The translations under genes and the position numbers were made by a program. From Pseudobdellovibrionaceae bacterium (lineage in GTDB: Bacteria; Bdellovibrionota; Bdellovibrionia; Bdellovibrionales; Bdellovibrionaceae), in contig JBDHWW010000018.1 in NCBI GenBank assembly GCA_039810425.1, forward strand, positions 1 through 64,000: 64,000 bases of DNA, given 5' to 3'. A model generated the notes under the pieces. That model worked only from the letters and a program-made list of their open reading frames with translations, was not told the origin of the DNA and searched no databases. The stretch's first letter is position 1, and the number at the start of each line of letters is the position of its first letter. Shown here piece by piece: positions 49,866-59,361 of the stretch.

Positions 49866-51926
49866 ATGACAAGTGATTCTTTGCTGTTAGTTCCGGCAAT
49901 CGCTGGGGCTGTAGGTCTTGTTGTTGCTCTGGTGCTGTACTTCCGCGTGAAGTCTCAACCAACTGGCAACGAAACAATGAACCGTATCGCTCAATACATT
50001 CGTGAAGGCGCGATGGCGTTCTTGGTTCGCGAATACAAGGTTCTTGCTGTGTATGCAGTTGTGGTCGCTGTAGCATTGGGTGTGGCTTTGGGCCCGGTCT
50101 CTGCTGTGAGCTTCATCCTCGGTGCATTCTTGAGCTTGCTTGCTGGTTTCTTCGGTATGAAGGCCGCGACTTTTGCAAATGTTCGCACGACTCAAGCCGC
50201 TTCAACGGGTTCAAAAGCCAAAGCTTTGCTGGTCGCTCTGGACGGGGGCGCGGTGATGGGTCTTTCCGTTGCGGGTTTGGGTCTTTTGGGTTTGGGCATT
50301 TTGTACCAAATCTACAAAGGCACTCCTGAAGTTGGGACGGTTCTGCACTCCTTCGCCGTGGGCGCTTCTTCTATCGCGTTGTTCGCACGTATCGGTGGCG
50401 GTATCTATACTAAAGCTGCGGACGTGGGTGCCGACATCGCAGGTAAAGTGATTGAAAATATTCCTGAGGATGACCCTCGCAACCCGGGCGTTGTGGCTGA
50501 CAATGTCGGTGATAACGTCGGCGACGTGGCGGGTATGGGCGCGGATATCTATGAATCCATGGTTGCGGCGATTGTTGCCGCTATGGCAATTGCCTTGACC
50601 GCTCCGGCGGAGGTTTTGTCGGCCCTGTCTTCAAATGCTGACGCGGTGAAATCTTCTGCGATCTTCTTGCCATTGGGTCTTTCGGCTCTGGGTATGATCA
50701 TCTCTATCATCGTTATCTTTGCGACCCGCATGTTCAGCAACGCCTCTCCGGCGGCTGTTTTGCGTAATGCTTTGATCATCCCACCTATCTTACTGACGCT
50801 GGCCTCTTACATCTTGATGCCGATGTTTGAACTGAACCAAGGCGTCACAGTTGCATTGGCCGCAGGTGCGATCGGTGGTGGTTTGATCGGTTTGATCACG
50901 GAGTACTACACGGCGGCTCGCCCGATTCGCCTTGTTGCTGAAGCCTCTTTGACGGGTGCTGGCACCAACGTCATCCGCGGTTTGGCTGTGGGTATGGAGT
51001 CTGTTGCAATTCCGATGATCATCGTGGTGATCGCGGCGTTCATCGCGGACCATGCCTTGGGTCTTTACGGCATTGCCTTGGCCGCCGTTGGTATGCTTGC
51101 CGGTACAGCGGTTGTTATGACTGTCGATGCTTACGGTCCGATCGCGGACAACGCTGGCGGCATCTCTGAAATGTCTGGCTTGGGTAAAGAGGTTCGTGAC
51201 ATCACGGACGAATTGGATGCTGTTGGTAATACCACGGCCGCGATCGGTAAGGGTTTTGCGATCGGTTCCGCCATCTTGACGGTTGTGGCTCTTTTCTCCG
51301 CTTTCAATATGGAAGTAAATCACGCGCGCAGCCTGGCAAACCTTGGTAAAATCAACCTTGATTTGACGTCTTCCGGTGTCTTGATCGGCATCTTGATCGG
51401 TTCGATCCTTCCTTGGTTGGTGGGGGCGACGACAATGACGGCGGTCGGTAAGGCAGCTCAGAAGATCGTTGTGGAAATCGGTCGTCAGTTCAAAGAAATT
51501 CCGGGCCTTCTTCAAGGTAAAGCAGATCCTCAACCCGCAGCTATCGTGGATATCGCGACGAAAGCCGCTTTGTTTGAAATGATCGTTCCGGGAATGATCG
51601 CGGTTTTGGCTCCGGTTGTTGTCGGCTTCTTGCTCGGCCCTACGGCACTGGCAGGTATGCTCGCAGGGGCTTTGGCAGTGGGTGCAACGAGCTCCCTCTT
51701 CATGGCAAACGCGGGCGGCGCTTGGGATAATGCTAAGAAATACATCGAAAAAGGAAAGCTCTCTGGTCACAAAAAAGGTTCTGACGCCCACAAGTCGGCC
51801 GTCGTTGGCGACACTGTTGGTGACCCGTTCAAAGATACTTCCGGTCCGGGGGTTGCGATCCTCATTAAAGTGATGAGCGTCGTTTCTCTCTTGATCGCGG
51901 GCTTGGTTGCTACAATCGGCGGCTAG
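49866..51926 (+). CDS. hppA: membrane-bound Na+/H+-translocating pyrophosphatase, K+-dependent type
   Basis: [53 protein letters not shown]. Confidence 0.95.
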   Translation: MTSDSLLLVPAIAGAVGLVVALVLYFRVKSQPTGNETMNRIAQYIREGAMAFLVREYKVLAVYAVVVAVALGVALGPVSAVSFILGAFLSLLAGFFGMKAATFANVRTTQAASTGSKAKALLVALDGGAVMGLSVAGLGLLGLGILYQIYKGTPEVGTVLHSFAVGASSIALFARIGGGIYTKAADVGADIAGKVIENIPEDDPRNPGVVADNVGDNVGDVAGMGADIYESMVAAIVAAMAIALTAPAEVLSALSSNADAVKSSAIFLPLGLSALGMIISIIVIFATRMFSNASPAAVLRNALIIPPILLTLASYILMPMFELNQGVTVALAAGAIGGGLIGLITEYYTAARPIRLVAEASLTGAGTNVIRGLAVGMESVAIPMIIVVIAAFIADHALGLYGIALAAVGMLAGTAVVMTVDAYGPIADNAGGISEMSGLGKEVRDITDELDAVGNTTAAIGKGFAIGSAILTVVALFSAFNMEVNHARSLANLGKINLDLTSSGVLIGILIGSILPWLVGATTMTAVGKAAQKIVVEIGRQFKEIPGLLQGKADPQPAAIVDIATKAALFEMIVPGMIAVLAPVVVGFLLGPTALAGMLAGALAVGATSSLFMANAGGAWDNAKKYIEKGKLSGHKKGSDAHKSAVVGDTVGDPFKDTSGPGVAILIKVMSVVSLLIAGLVATIGG

Positions 51927-51970
51927 CTCGGCGGGGGCCGGCAAAGGACCCGATAGAAGCACAGAACTAG

Positions 51971-52001
51971 GACCCACATCTTACTGGATGTGGGTTTTTT
52001 T
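51971..52001 (+). terminator. intrinsic terminator after hppA
   Basis: ACCCACATC-TTACTG-GATGTGGGT then T tract. Confidence 0.8.
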
Positions 52002-52133
52002 CATCCGACGATCTGGGGTCTCAAACCGCCCGAAAAGTGCTTGTGGTTTTCTTATGTAAAATCGCAAGCTCATCATAAATGTCTTCACTCCTTCGCGACC
52101 CACGGGACAGTATCAAGTAAAAGGAGGCAGAAC

Positions 52134-52595
52134 ATGCAAAGATCAGCAAACGTCATTTGGAAAGGCTCGGTGCAAGAGGGGCAAGGCGCGATCTCCACTG
52201 CCAGTGGTGCACTCAAGCAAGTCCCTTATTCCTTCACGACCCGTTTTGGCGACACACCGGGTACTAATCCCGAAGAGCTGATTGCGGCGGCTCATGCCAG
52301 TTGCTTTGCCATGGCGACCTCTGCCGCACTCACCGCTAAAGGTCTTGAGCCTTTGAACTTGGATGTGAAAGCCACTGTGACCATTCAGAAAGATGGCGCT
52401 TCATGGACCGTGACTTCGTCGCATCTCGAGCTCCGTGGCCAAGTCAACGACATGACTCAAGGCCAGTTCCTAGAAATCGCCGAAGACGCGAAAAGAAATT
52501 GCCCAATTTCTAAGCTTCTTAATGCCGAAATTAGTTTAGATGCGCGCCTCGAAGAACATGATGAGCGCCCTTGGGCCCCGCCACCAGCCCACTAA
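52134..52595 (+). CDS. osmC: OsmC family peroxiredoxin
   Basis: W-G..G-G-IST-SG, GTNPEELIAAAHASCFAM, AKRNCPISKLL. Confidence 0.93.
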   Translation: MQRSANVIWKGSVQEGQGAISTASGALKQVPYSFTTRFGDTPGTNPEELIAAAHASCFAMATSAALTAKGLEPLNLDVKATVTIQKDGASWTVTSSHLELRGQVNDMTQGQFLEIAEDAKRNCPISKLLNAEISLDARLEEHDERPWAPPPAH

Positions 52596-52679
52596 AGGCC
52601 ATGTTGCCAAGAGTGTTCTAGATTAAAAATCAAATCTCAAATAAGCTAAGTTCTGGAGTTTTCACCAAGGACTTAGCTT

Positions 52680-53897
52680 ATGTTCAATCGCCAGGAAAAG
52701 TTCCTTCTCGCTATTCTTGCTTCCATCCAATTCAGCTCCATCGTGGATTTCATGATTATGATGCCGCTCGGCCCGCAGTTGATGCGCATCTTCAACGTCA
52801 CGCCACACCAATTCGGCCTGCTGGTTTCGTCATATACGTTTTGTGCCGGTATCAGTGGCTTTACTGCCGCCTTTTTTATGGACAAATTCGATCGTAAAAA
52901 GAGCTTACTATTTTTCTTTATCGGTTTTTCCATCGGCACGGTCGCCTGCGGCCTTTCACCCAACTATGAAACTCTTTTGCTTGCGCGCGGTTTGACCGGC
53001 GTATTTGGTGGTGTCCTGGGGTCCCTGGTGATGTCCATCGTGAGCGATGCCATCTCTTATGAGCGCCGCGGTTCCGCGATGGGTGTCATTATGACGGCAT
53101 TTTCAATGGCGTCGGTGGTTGGCGTGCCGCTCAGTCTTTATTTCGCTAATCTTTGGAGCTGGCACACGCCATTCTTGGGGCTTGGCGGCCTTTCGCTTTT
53201 ACTTTGCACTGTGATCTTAAAGGCGGTGCCGGAAATGCGTGGTCACTTACAGAATCAAATCAAAGAACCGATGCACAGAACCGTCACCCGCATTTTTCAA
53301 AACTCCAATCAAATCCGTGCTCTTATTTTCATGGCGACGGTGATGTTCGGCCACTTCTGCATTATCCCCTTTATGTCGCCGTCGCTGGTTGCCAATGCCG
53401 GCTTCGCCGAGACCCAACTGCCTTTCGTGTACATGTGCGGCGGCCTATTTACGATTTTTTCTTCGCCTTATATCGGCAAGCTCGCTGATCGCTTTGGTAA
53501 ACACAATATCTTCTTTTGGGGAGCCCTTGCGACACTCGTGCCCTACGTACTGCTCACCCATCTAGGCGTCTCGTCGTTTGCCTGGGTGTTGGTGGTAACG
53601 ACAATGTTGTTCGTGGTTTCCGGCGGTCGTATGATTCCGGCCTCGGCCATGGTTTCGGGCACAACCTTGCCACAAAACCGCGGGAGTTTCATGAGTCTTG
53701 TCAGTTGTGTTCAGCAGCTTTCTTCGGCGATCGCCAGCTACATCGCTGGTATCATCGTTACAAAAAACGAAAGCACCGGACGTTTGGATCATTTCGAAGT
53801 GGTAGGCTACATCGCCGTCATCACCACGTTAATTGCAATCTACCTGTCACGTCAGATTAAGACCGTCGAGGGCGCTCCTGCCGCGAGAGAAGTTTAA
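52680..53897 (+). CDS. MFS transporter
   Basis: ~12 TMs, DKFDRK and GKLADRFGK motif A. Confidence 0.9.
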   Translation: MFNRQEKFLLAILASIQFSSIVDFMIMMPLGPQLMRIFNVTPHQFGLLVSSYTFCAGISGFTAAFFMDKFDRKKSLLFFFIGFSIGTVACGLSPNYETLLLARGLTGVFGGVLGSLVMSIVSDAISYERRGSAMGVIMTAFSMASVVGVPLSLYFANLWSWHTPFLGLGGLSLLLCTVILKAVPEMRGHLQNQIKEPMHRTVTRIFQNSNQIRALIFMATVMFGHFCIIPFMSPSLVANAGFAETQLPFVYMCGGLFTIFSSPYIGKLADRFGKHNIFFWGALATLVPYVLLTHLGVSSFAWVLVVTTMLFVVSGGRMIPASAMVSGTTLPQNRGSFMSLVSCVQQLSSAIASYIAGIIVTKNESTGRLDHFEVVGYIAVITTLIAIYLSRQIKTVEGAPAAREV

Positions 53898-54181
53898 CCA
53901 ACAAATGAATAGGCGACCAGTTCAGTGAAATCCCATGAAGTTGAATCCCAAATTCCATCTTACGATGACCAGGAACAAAACAAGAACTTCCTGAGCTCTT
54001 GAGGACAAGATGAATCCAGCTGTCGCATAAAACCCCAAAAAAGAATATTCCCAAACACTCAGCCAAAAAAAACCGTTCCCCTCTACCGAGCCTGGCCGTC
54101 CAAGCCCCAGCCCCCCACACAAAAATCACATCAACAGGAAATTACGAAATTATTTTGTAACTGTGAGACTGCCATTGTTCT

Positions 54182-54221
54182 AATAGTGCCTGGAACTCCT
54201 GAATAGTGCCTAGAACTCCTG
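54182..54221. repeat. 20-bp tandem duplication (1 mismatch)
   Basis: AATAGTGCCTGGAACTCCTG / AATAGTGCCTAGAACTCCTG. Confidence 0.85.
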
Positions 54222-54366
54222 ATGCGGGAGGCATCAGGAGTAGCGGGAGTTTGAGGGGAGAGCCCTCAACAGACAGGATGTCTGTTTGCAGTGACTTTGC
54301 GGCAATAAAAAACTCCGCATTCTCCACCAAAGCCTTGAGTATCTTCCTCTTTAAAGGAAGCACAAG
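54215..54366. other. multi-hairpin intergenic element (candidate structured RNA or repeat)
   Basis: ACTCCTGATGC/GCATCAGGAGT, TTGAGGG/CCCTCAA, AACAGACA/TGTCTGTT, enclosing GCGGGAGTTT/AAACTCCGC, CTTCCT/AGGAAG. Confidence 0.5.
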
Positions 54367-54437
54367 ACGCACATCTGCGATTTTTGCGGCATAGCCTGAG
54401 TGAGGTGTAGTTCAACACAAATGCACAGGAGGTTTTT

Positions 54438-55118
54438 ATGATGGCACGTCTCTTACTGTCTGTTCTATTGTTGGTGGGCCCGAAATCCTTCGCCAGTAAA
54501 CCAGAGCTTGACGACTTGATGACACCTGATGAGTTGGCAGCCGATGTCGGCATTACTGAACCCACGGATCTGAGTCCCCAAATCGAGCCCTTTAGCCCCG
54601 CCCAGATCTATGACACATATGGCGTCGACGTGTATTCGGAGTTCCCCGTCGTCATCGTGGTCAGCAAAAGCTCCCAAACGGCAACGGTTTACCATAACGG
54701 CAGCCAGGTGAATAGTTTCCTCGTCTCCACAGGACGTGAAAAATACGAGCGTGCCAAATCCGGTCGATGGTATACGACGACCACTCCTACCGGCTGGTTC
54801 TCGCCGCAAAGTTATGTGCGAAGACACTGGTCCGGAACATGGGATGCCCTTATGGAATATGCGATTTTCTTTAACGGCGGGATCGCCCTCCACGCAACGA
54901 CTCCGGACCACTACAAGGACTTAGGTCACCGAGCCTCCGGCGGCTGCGTGCGCATGACAAAAGCAAACGCGCTCTGGTTCTGGGACTTGTCACTCAGTGA
55001 GAAAACCGCGAATGTCCCCTCCTTCACCCGCGGCGGGCAGATTCTTAGAAACAGCGATGGTAGTATCAAGCGCCATAGTGGCTCAGGGACGCTGGTGATT
55101 GTTACTTCGAATGAGTAG
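54438..55118 (+). CDS. L,D-transpeptidase (YkuD family)
   Basis: VSTG, TPTG, GIALHAT, ASGGCVRM. Confidence 0.9.
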   Translation: MMARLLLSVLLLVGPKSFASKPELDDLMTPDELAADVGITEPTDLSPQIEPFSPAQIYDTYGVDVYSEFPVVIVVSKSSQTATVYHNGSQVNSFLVSTGREKYERAKSGRWYTTTTPTGWFSPQSYVRRHWSGTWDALMEYAIFFNGGIALHATTPDHYKDLGHRASGGCVRMTKANALWFWDLSLSEKTANVPSFTRGGQILRNSDGSIKRHSGSGTLVIVTSNE

Positions 55119-55157
55119 GCCCGAGCACAGGCGGCCGTCTCTCACAGAGGACCGCTT

Positions 55158-55601
55158 TTAGCCTCTGTGAGAGCTGATCATCCATGCAGCCTTTTGGTGG
55201 AAGTTGATCAAGCCGTCGTAAATTGCCACGGTTGTATTGTCATCCACGCCCTCGGCTTGCGCACGGAACTGAGCCAGTCTTTTTACGATGCTTTCATGAT
55301 CGTTCGTCAGCATATCAATCATGCGAGCCGCGCTGAGATGATCTTCTGGAGCTTCTTCGACTTTTGACAATTTAATGAATTCACGATAACTTCCCGGCGC
55401 TCTTTCGCCAAGAGCGCGAATACGTTCTGCGACTTCATCAACTTGAGTTGCCAAGAATGTGTAATGTTGCTCAAACAACATATGCAATGAATAGAACAAA
55501 GGTCCTTGAACGTTCCAATGGAAGTTCTGGGTTTTTAGCATCAATAGATACTCTTCGGCGAGCGTCTGTGACAAGCCGGGGATCATCGTAGAGTTTTTCA
55601 T
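55158..55601 (-). CDS. dps: Dps family DNA protection/ferritin-like protein
   Basis: KTQNFHWNVQG, LHMLFE, DEVAERIRALG, KAAWM. Confidence 0.93.
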   Translation of the reverse strand: MKNSTMIPGLSQTLAEEYLLMLKTQNFHWNVQGPLFYSLHMLFEQHYTFLATQVDEVAERIRALGERAPGSYREFIKLSKVEEAPEDHLSAARMIDMLTNDHESIVKRLAQFRAQAEGVDDNTTVAIYDGLINFHQKAAWMISSHRG

Positions 55602-55674
55602 ATGTACCTCCTGTTTATAGCCTTAGTATCGTCCTCAATTCGTATCGCCTCAACAACTATTGATCTATGTAATT

Positions 55675-55689
55675 ATAGTTTTTTACTAT
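55675..55689. promoter_or_regulatory. possible OxyR/LysR binding half-site upstream of dps
   Basis: ATAG-N7-CTAT overlapping the oxyR stop codon. Confidence 0.45.
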
Positions 55690-56627
55690 AGGGGGATATT
55701 GAGCTTGCGGAGCTTAAAGGACCCCAGTACTTTCAACTCTTTAGGCAGATTCTCAAGAATGGCCGCGGAAAGTGCCTCAAGGAGTTTCGATCTTAAAAAG
55801 TGCGGCGAGTAGACCAGACTCACCTCGCGGCTCGGGGCCGGATTTACGAAGGGCTTCAGGAATTTTGAATTCTTAATTCTCAAGGTCGCAAGCGTGGGCA
55901 GTAAGGTGTAGCCCTCGCCGCTTTCGACGAACTCTTTCAGAGTTTCCAAACTGCCACTTTCAAACTGGATGTGGCGCTCGTGGTTCTTTTTCTGGCGATT
56001 TTGACAGAGCGAAAGGCTTTGCTCCCGGAAACAGTGGCCTTCTTTCATCAAGTAAATGTCATTCGCCGACAAATCCTTCGCATCGACGGTCTTCTGTTTT
56101 GCAAGCTCGTGCCCCTCGGAAACATAGAGCATGAAAGGCTCAAGGAATAGGCTTTTGCGGACCAGCGTCACATCCTCCAGCGGGGTGACCGCGATGCCCA
56201 AATCCATTTCACGGGAGTGAATCTTGGCCACGATCTGCTCGGTCTGCAACTCTTCAATGTGAATCGTCAAACGCGGATGCTGATCAGCAAACTTTTTGAG
56301 AAACAGTGGAAGCAGGTACGGCGCCAGAGTCGGAATCACGCCAATGGTGACGCTCCCCTGAAGATCGTTGCGGGTTTCTTCGATGAGGTCATTGATTTTC
56401 TGGCTTTCTTTCAGAGTGATCAACGCCTGCACGACGATTTTTTCGCCCAAAAGTGTCGGTGTTACGGGCTGACTCTGACGATCGAAAATCTGCACGCCGA
56501 GCTCAGCTTCGAGCTTTTGCACTTGTTGGCTTAGCGTCGGCTGAGTCACGTGGCAGGCGTCGGCCGCCTTTAAAAAGCTGCGATGTTGAGCAACGGCCAC
56601 AATGTAATTTAACTGAGTCAGAGTCAT
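55686..56627 (-). CDS. oxyR: OxyR-type LysR regulator
   Basis: LysR HTH VTQPTLSQQ; GVIPTLAPYLLP; GHCFREQSLSLC with both redox Cys. Confidence 0.88.
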   Translation of the reverse strand: MTLTQLNYIVAVAQHRSFLKAADACHVTQPTLSQQVQKLEAELGVQIFDRQSQPVTPTLLGEKIVVQALITLKESQKINDLIEETRNDLQGSVTIGVIPTLAPYLLPLFLKKFADQHPRLTIHIEELQTEQIVAKIHSREMDLGIAVTPLEDVTLVRKSLFLEPFMLYVSEGHELAKQKTVDAKDLSANDIYLMKEGHCFREQSLSLCQNRQKKNHERHIQFESGSLETLKEFVESGEGYTLLPTLATLRIKNSKFLKPFVNPAPSREVSLVYSPHFLRSKLLEALSAAILENLPKELKVLGSFKLRKLNIPL

Positions 56628-56765
56628 GGAAACTATGTTAGGGTAACGCCTCGCAAAATCAAGGTAAAACCGCCCCCTGATTCGGGGCTCCCAAGGACCA
56701 GCCTTGACGCTTTTTCCCTCTCAAGTTAGCTTGGGCTGTTTTTATAACCAAAAGGAAAAAGGCTC

Positions 56766-58274
56766 ATGAAAAAGTATCCTGTTCGTGTTTATCCGTCTAA
56801 AGAAAAATTGGATCGCAAAGATCAACTCGCTTGGAAAATGGCGGAGATCGCGTCTGACAACGCTGGTATCAAAGCGGACGTTTTGGATATGGCTATCAAC
56901 CGTATTATCGACAATGCCTCTGTGGCGATTGCCGCCGCAAACCGCCGTCCCGTAGCTTCTGCCCGAGCAATGGCCATCGCCCATCCCCGCGCGAACGGCG
57001 CGACGGTTTTCGGTATGCCGAACGATCAAAAATTTGACTGCGAATGGGCGGCCTGGGCCAACGGCACCGCGGTTCGTGAGTTGGATTACCACGATACTTT
57101 TTTGGCAGCGGACTACTCCCACCCGGGAGATAACATTCCTCCGATCTTGGCGGTTGCCCAACAGATGAACAAAGGTGGTAAAGACCTTCTCCGTGGCTTG
57201 GTGACTGGTTATGAACTTCACGTAGACCTTGTGAAAGCGATCTGCTTGCACGAGTTCAAAAAAGACCATATCGCGCATTTATGCCCAGCTCAAGCGGCCG
57301 GCATTGGCACGCTCTTGGGCCTTTCAACCGAAATGATCTACCAAGCTATTCAACAAGCCGTGCATGTCTCATTCACAACTCGGCAATCCCGCAAAGGTGA
57401 AATCTCTTCTTGGAAAGCCTACGCTCCGGCTCACGCTGGCAAGTTGGCGGTCGAAGCCATTGATCGCATCATGCGCGGTGAGGGCGCTCCATCGCCAATC
57501 TACGAAGGCGAAGACTCGGTCATCGCTTACATGCTTTCAGGTAAAAACGGTAAGTACGAAGTTCCTCTCCCGGAAGTGGGTGAAGACAAACGCGCGATCC
57601 TCGAAACCTATACGAAAGAACACTCTGCTGAATATCAATCGCAAGCATTGATCGACTTAGCGGCTCGCATGAAAGCAAAAATCACGAACTTCGATGACAT
57701 CGAAAAAGTGGTGATCCATACTTCCCACCACACCCACTACGTGATCGGCACTGGTGCGAACGATCCGCAAAAAATGGATCCAAATGCTTCTCGCGAAACC
57801 CTTGATCACTCGATCATGTACATCTTCGCGGTGGCTTTGCAGGATGGAACTTGGCACCATGTGAAATCTTATGAGCCTTCACGCGCGCAGCGCCCTGACA
57901 CTGTCAAGCTGTGGCACAAAATTTCGACAGTGGAAGACGCGAAATGGACTGAAGCGTATCACAACGCGGATCCAGATAAAAAACGCTTTGGTGGCCGTGT
58001 CGAGATCTTCTTTAAAAATGGCACGACTTTGACAGACGAGTTGGGTGTCGCCAATGCCCATCCTGCGGGCGCAAAGCCATTCAAACGTGCGGATTACGTT
58101 CGCAAATTTGACATGTTGACTGAAGAAATCATCACCAAAGATGAGCGCAATCGTTTCATCTCCTTGGTAGAGAATTTGGCGGATTTGACTCCGGCTCAAG
58201 TTCAACAAATCAACGTGCAAATTCCCCTCGATCGCCTGGTGAACAACAAACGTGATACAAAAGGGATCTTCTAA
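56766..58274 (+). CDS. prpD: 2-methylcitrate dehydratase (MmgE/PrpD)
   Basis: NGTAVRELDYHDTFLAADYSHPGDNIPP, SSWK, ETLDHSIMY. Confidence 0.93.
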   Translation: MKKYPVRVYPSKEKLDRKDQLAWKMAEIASDNAGIKADVLDMAINRIIDNASVAIAAANRRPVASARAMAIAHPRANGATVFGMPNDQKFDCEWAAWANGTAVRELDYHDTFLAADYSHPGDNIPPILAVAQQMNKGGKDLLRGLVTGYELHVDLVKAICLHEFKKDHIAHLCPAQAAGIGTLLGLSTEMIYQAIQQAVHVSFTTRQSRKGEISSWKAYAPAHAGKLAVEAIDRIMRGEGAPSPIYEGEDSVIAYMLSGKNGKYEVPLPEVGEDKRAILETYTKEHSAEYQSQALIDLAARMKAKITNFDDIEKVVIHTSHHTHYVIGTGANDPQKMDPNASRETLDHSIMYIFAVALQDGTWHHVKSYEPSRAQRPDTVKLWHKISTVEDAKWTEAYHNADPDKKRFGGRVEIFFKNGTTLTDELGVANAHPAGAKPFKRADYVRKFDMLTEEIITKDERNRFISLVENLADLTPAQVQQINVQIPLDRLVNNKRDTKGIF

Positions 58275-59177
58275 ATGCTGTTTCCAGAAATAACTCCCGC
58301 ACAAAAACGTCAGAACTTCCGTGATGCTTTGAAATCCGGAAAACTCCTTCAGTTCCCCGGTTCATGGTCACCTCTGGTGAGCATGGCGATCGAGAAAGAA
58401 GGCTTTGACGGCGTGTACATTTCTGGATCCGTGCTTTCGAATGACCTGGGCTACCCGGACATTGGTTTAACCTCGTTAACGGAGGTCGCTCAGCGGGGAC
58501 GCCAAATCTCCCGCACGACAAAACTGCCGACTATCATTGATATCGACACCGGCTTTGGCGAGCCCATGAGCGCGACCCGCACTGTTCAAGAAATGATCGA
58601 GATGGGTTTGGCAGGCTGCCATATTGAAGATCAAATCAACCCCAAACGCTGTGGCCATCTTGACGGCAAAGGTGTGGTCGGCGCGGAGGATATGATTCGA
58701 AAAGTTGCAGCGGCAGCTCGCGGCAAAAAAATGGATGAGAATTTTCTGTTAATCGCCCGAACCGATGCTCGTGCCGTCGAAGGTTTGGATAAAGCCATTG
58801 ATCGCGCGAAAGCCTACATCGATGCGGGCGCGGACTGCATTTTCACGGAAGCACTTGAGAACGAAAAAGAGTTTGAAGCTTTCCGCAAAGCGGTCCGTGT
58901 TCCCCTCTTGGCGAACATGACTGAATTCGGCAAAGGTCGCCTGTACACTTACCAAGAACTTTCCAATCTCGGTTACAACATCGTGATTTACCCGGTGACC
59001 ACATTCCGTCTCGCAATGGGCGCCACGGTGAGCGGCCTCCAGGAAATAAAAGCGAAGGGAACTCAAGAGGGTCTCTTAGACAAAATGCAACATCGCAAAG
59101 ACTTGTACACGTTGACCCGTTATGACGAATATAACTCCTTTGATTCCAATATCTTTAATTTCACCGTCAAAAAGTAG
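58275..59177 (+). CDS. prpB: 2-methylisocitrate lyase
   Basis: DIDTGFG, HIEDQ, KRCGH, IARTDA, NMTEFG. Confidence 0.95.
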   Translation: MLFPEITPAQKRQNFRDALKSGKLLQFPGSWSPLVSMAIEKEGFDGVYISGSVLSNDLGYPDIGLTSLTEVAQRGRQISRTTKLPTIIDIDTGFGEPMSATRTVQEMIEMGLAGCHIEDQINPKRCGHLDGKGVVGAEDMIRKVAAAARGKKMDENFLLIARTDARAVEGLDKAIDRAKAYIDAGADCIFTEALENEKEFEAFRKAVRVPLLANMTEFGKGRLYTYQELSNLGYNIVIYPVTTFRLAMGATVSGLQEIKAKGTQEGLLDKMQHRKDLYTLTRYDEYNSFDSNIFNFTVKK

Positions 59178-59330
59178 CGAACGATCCGGGGCTTTTTTGT
59201 GACAGACCTTCCAGCATAGCGCGGCGAAAGCGGCCCCACTCACATTCATCTCCGCATGCCTCTTGACTCGATTCCTCCCCCGCAATAGCTTGAGTCGTTA
59301 TTTCGCAAAAAAATACCACGCCGCATCCGA

Positions 59331-59351
59331 AAAAGGTACGGCGTACCCTTT
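59331..59351. repeat. short AAAAGGTAC-type palindrome abutting the prpC RBS
   Basis: AAAAGGTACG-G-CGTACCCTTT then AGGAGG. Confidence 0.5.
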
Positions 59352-59361
59352 AGGAGGAATC

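Noticed and set aside
50790..51977. 395-aa antisense ORF
   Set aside because: Shadow of hppA codon bias; no protein-like motif.
54182..54221. Direct repeats here and at 28310 and 34446 as a possible CRISPR array
   Set aside because: Only two copies each, with 0-4 nt spacers and no cas genes.
54142..54394. Small ORFs (76 aa minus, 62 aa plus) across the hairpin region
   Set aside because: No RBS or motif; better explained as non-coding palindromic sequence.
54403..54430. GGTGTAGTTCAA resembling a tRNA 5' end
   Set aside because: No anticodon arm, TTC-containing T arm or acceptor stem follows.
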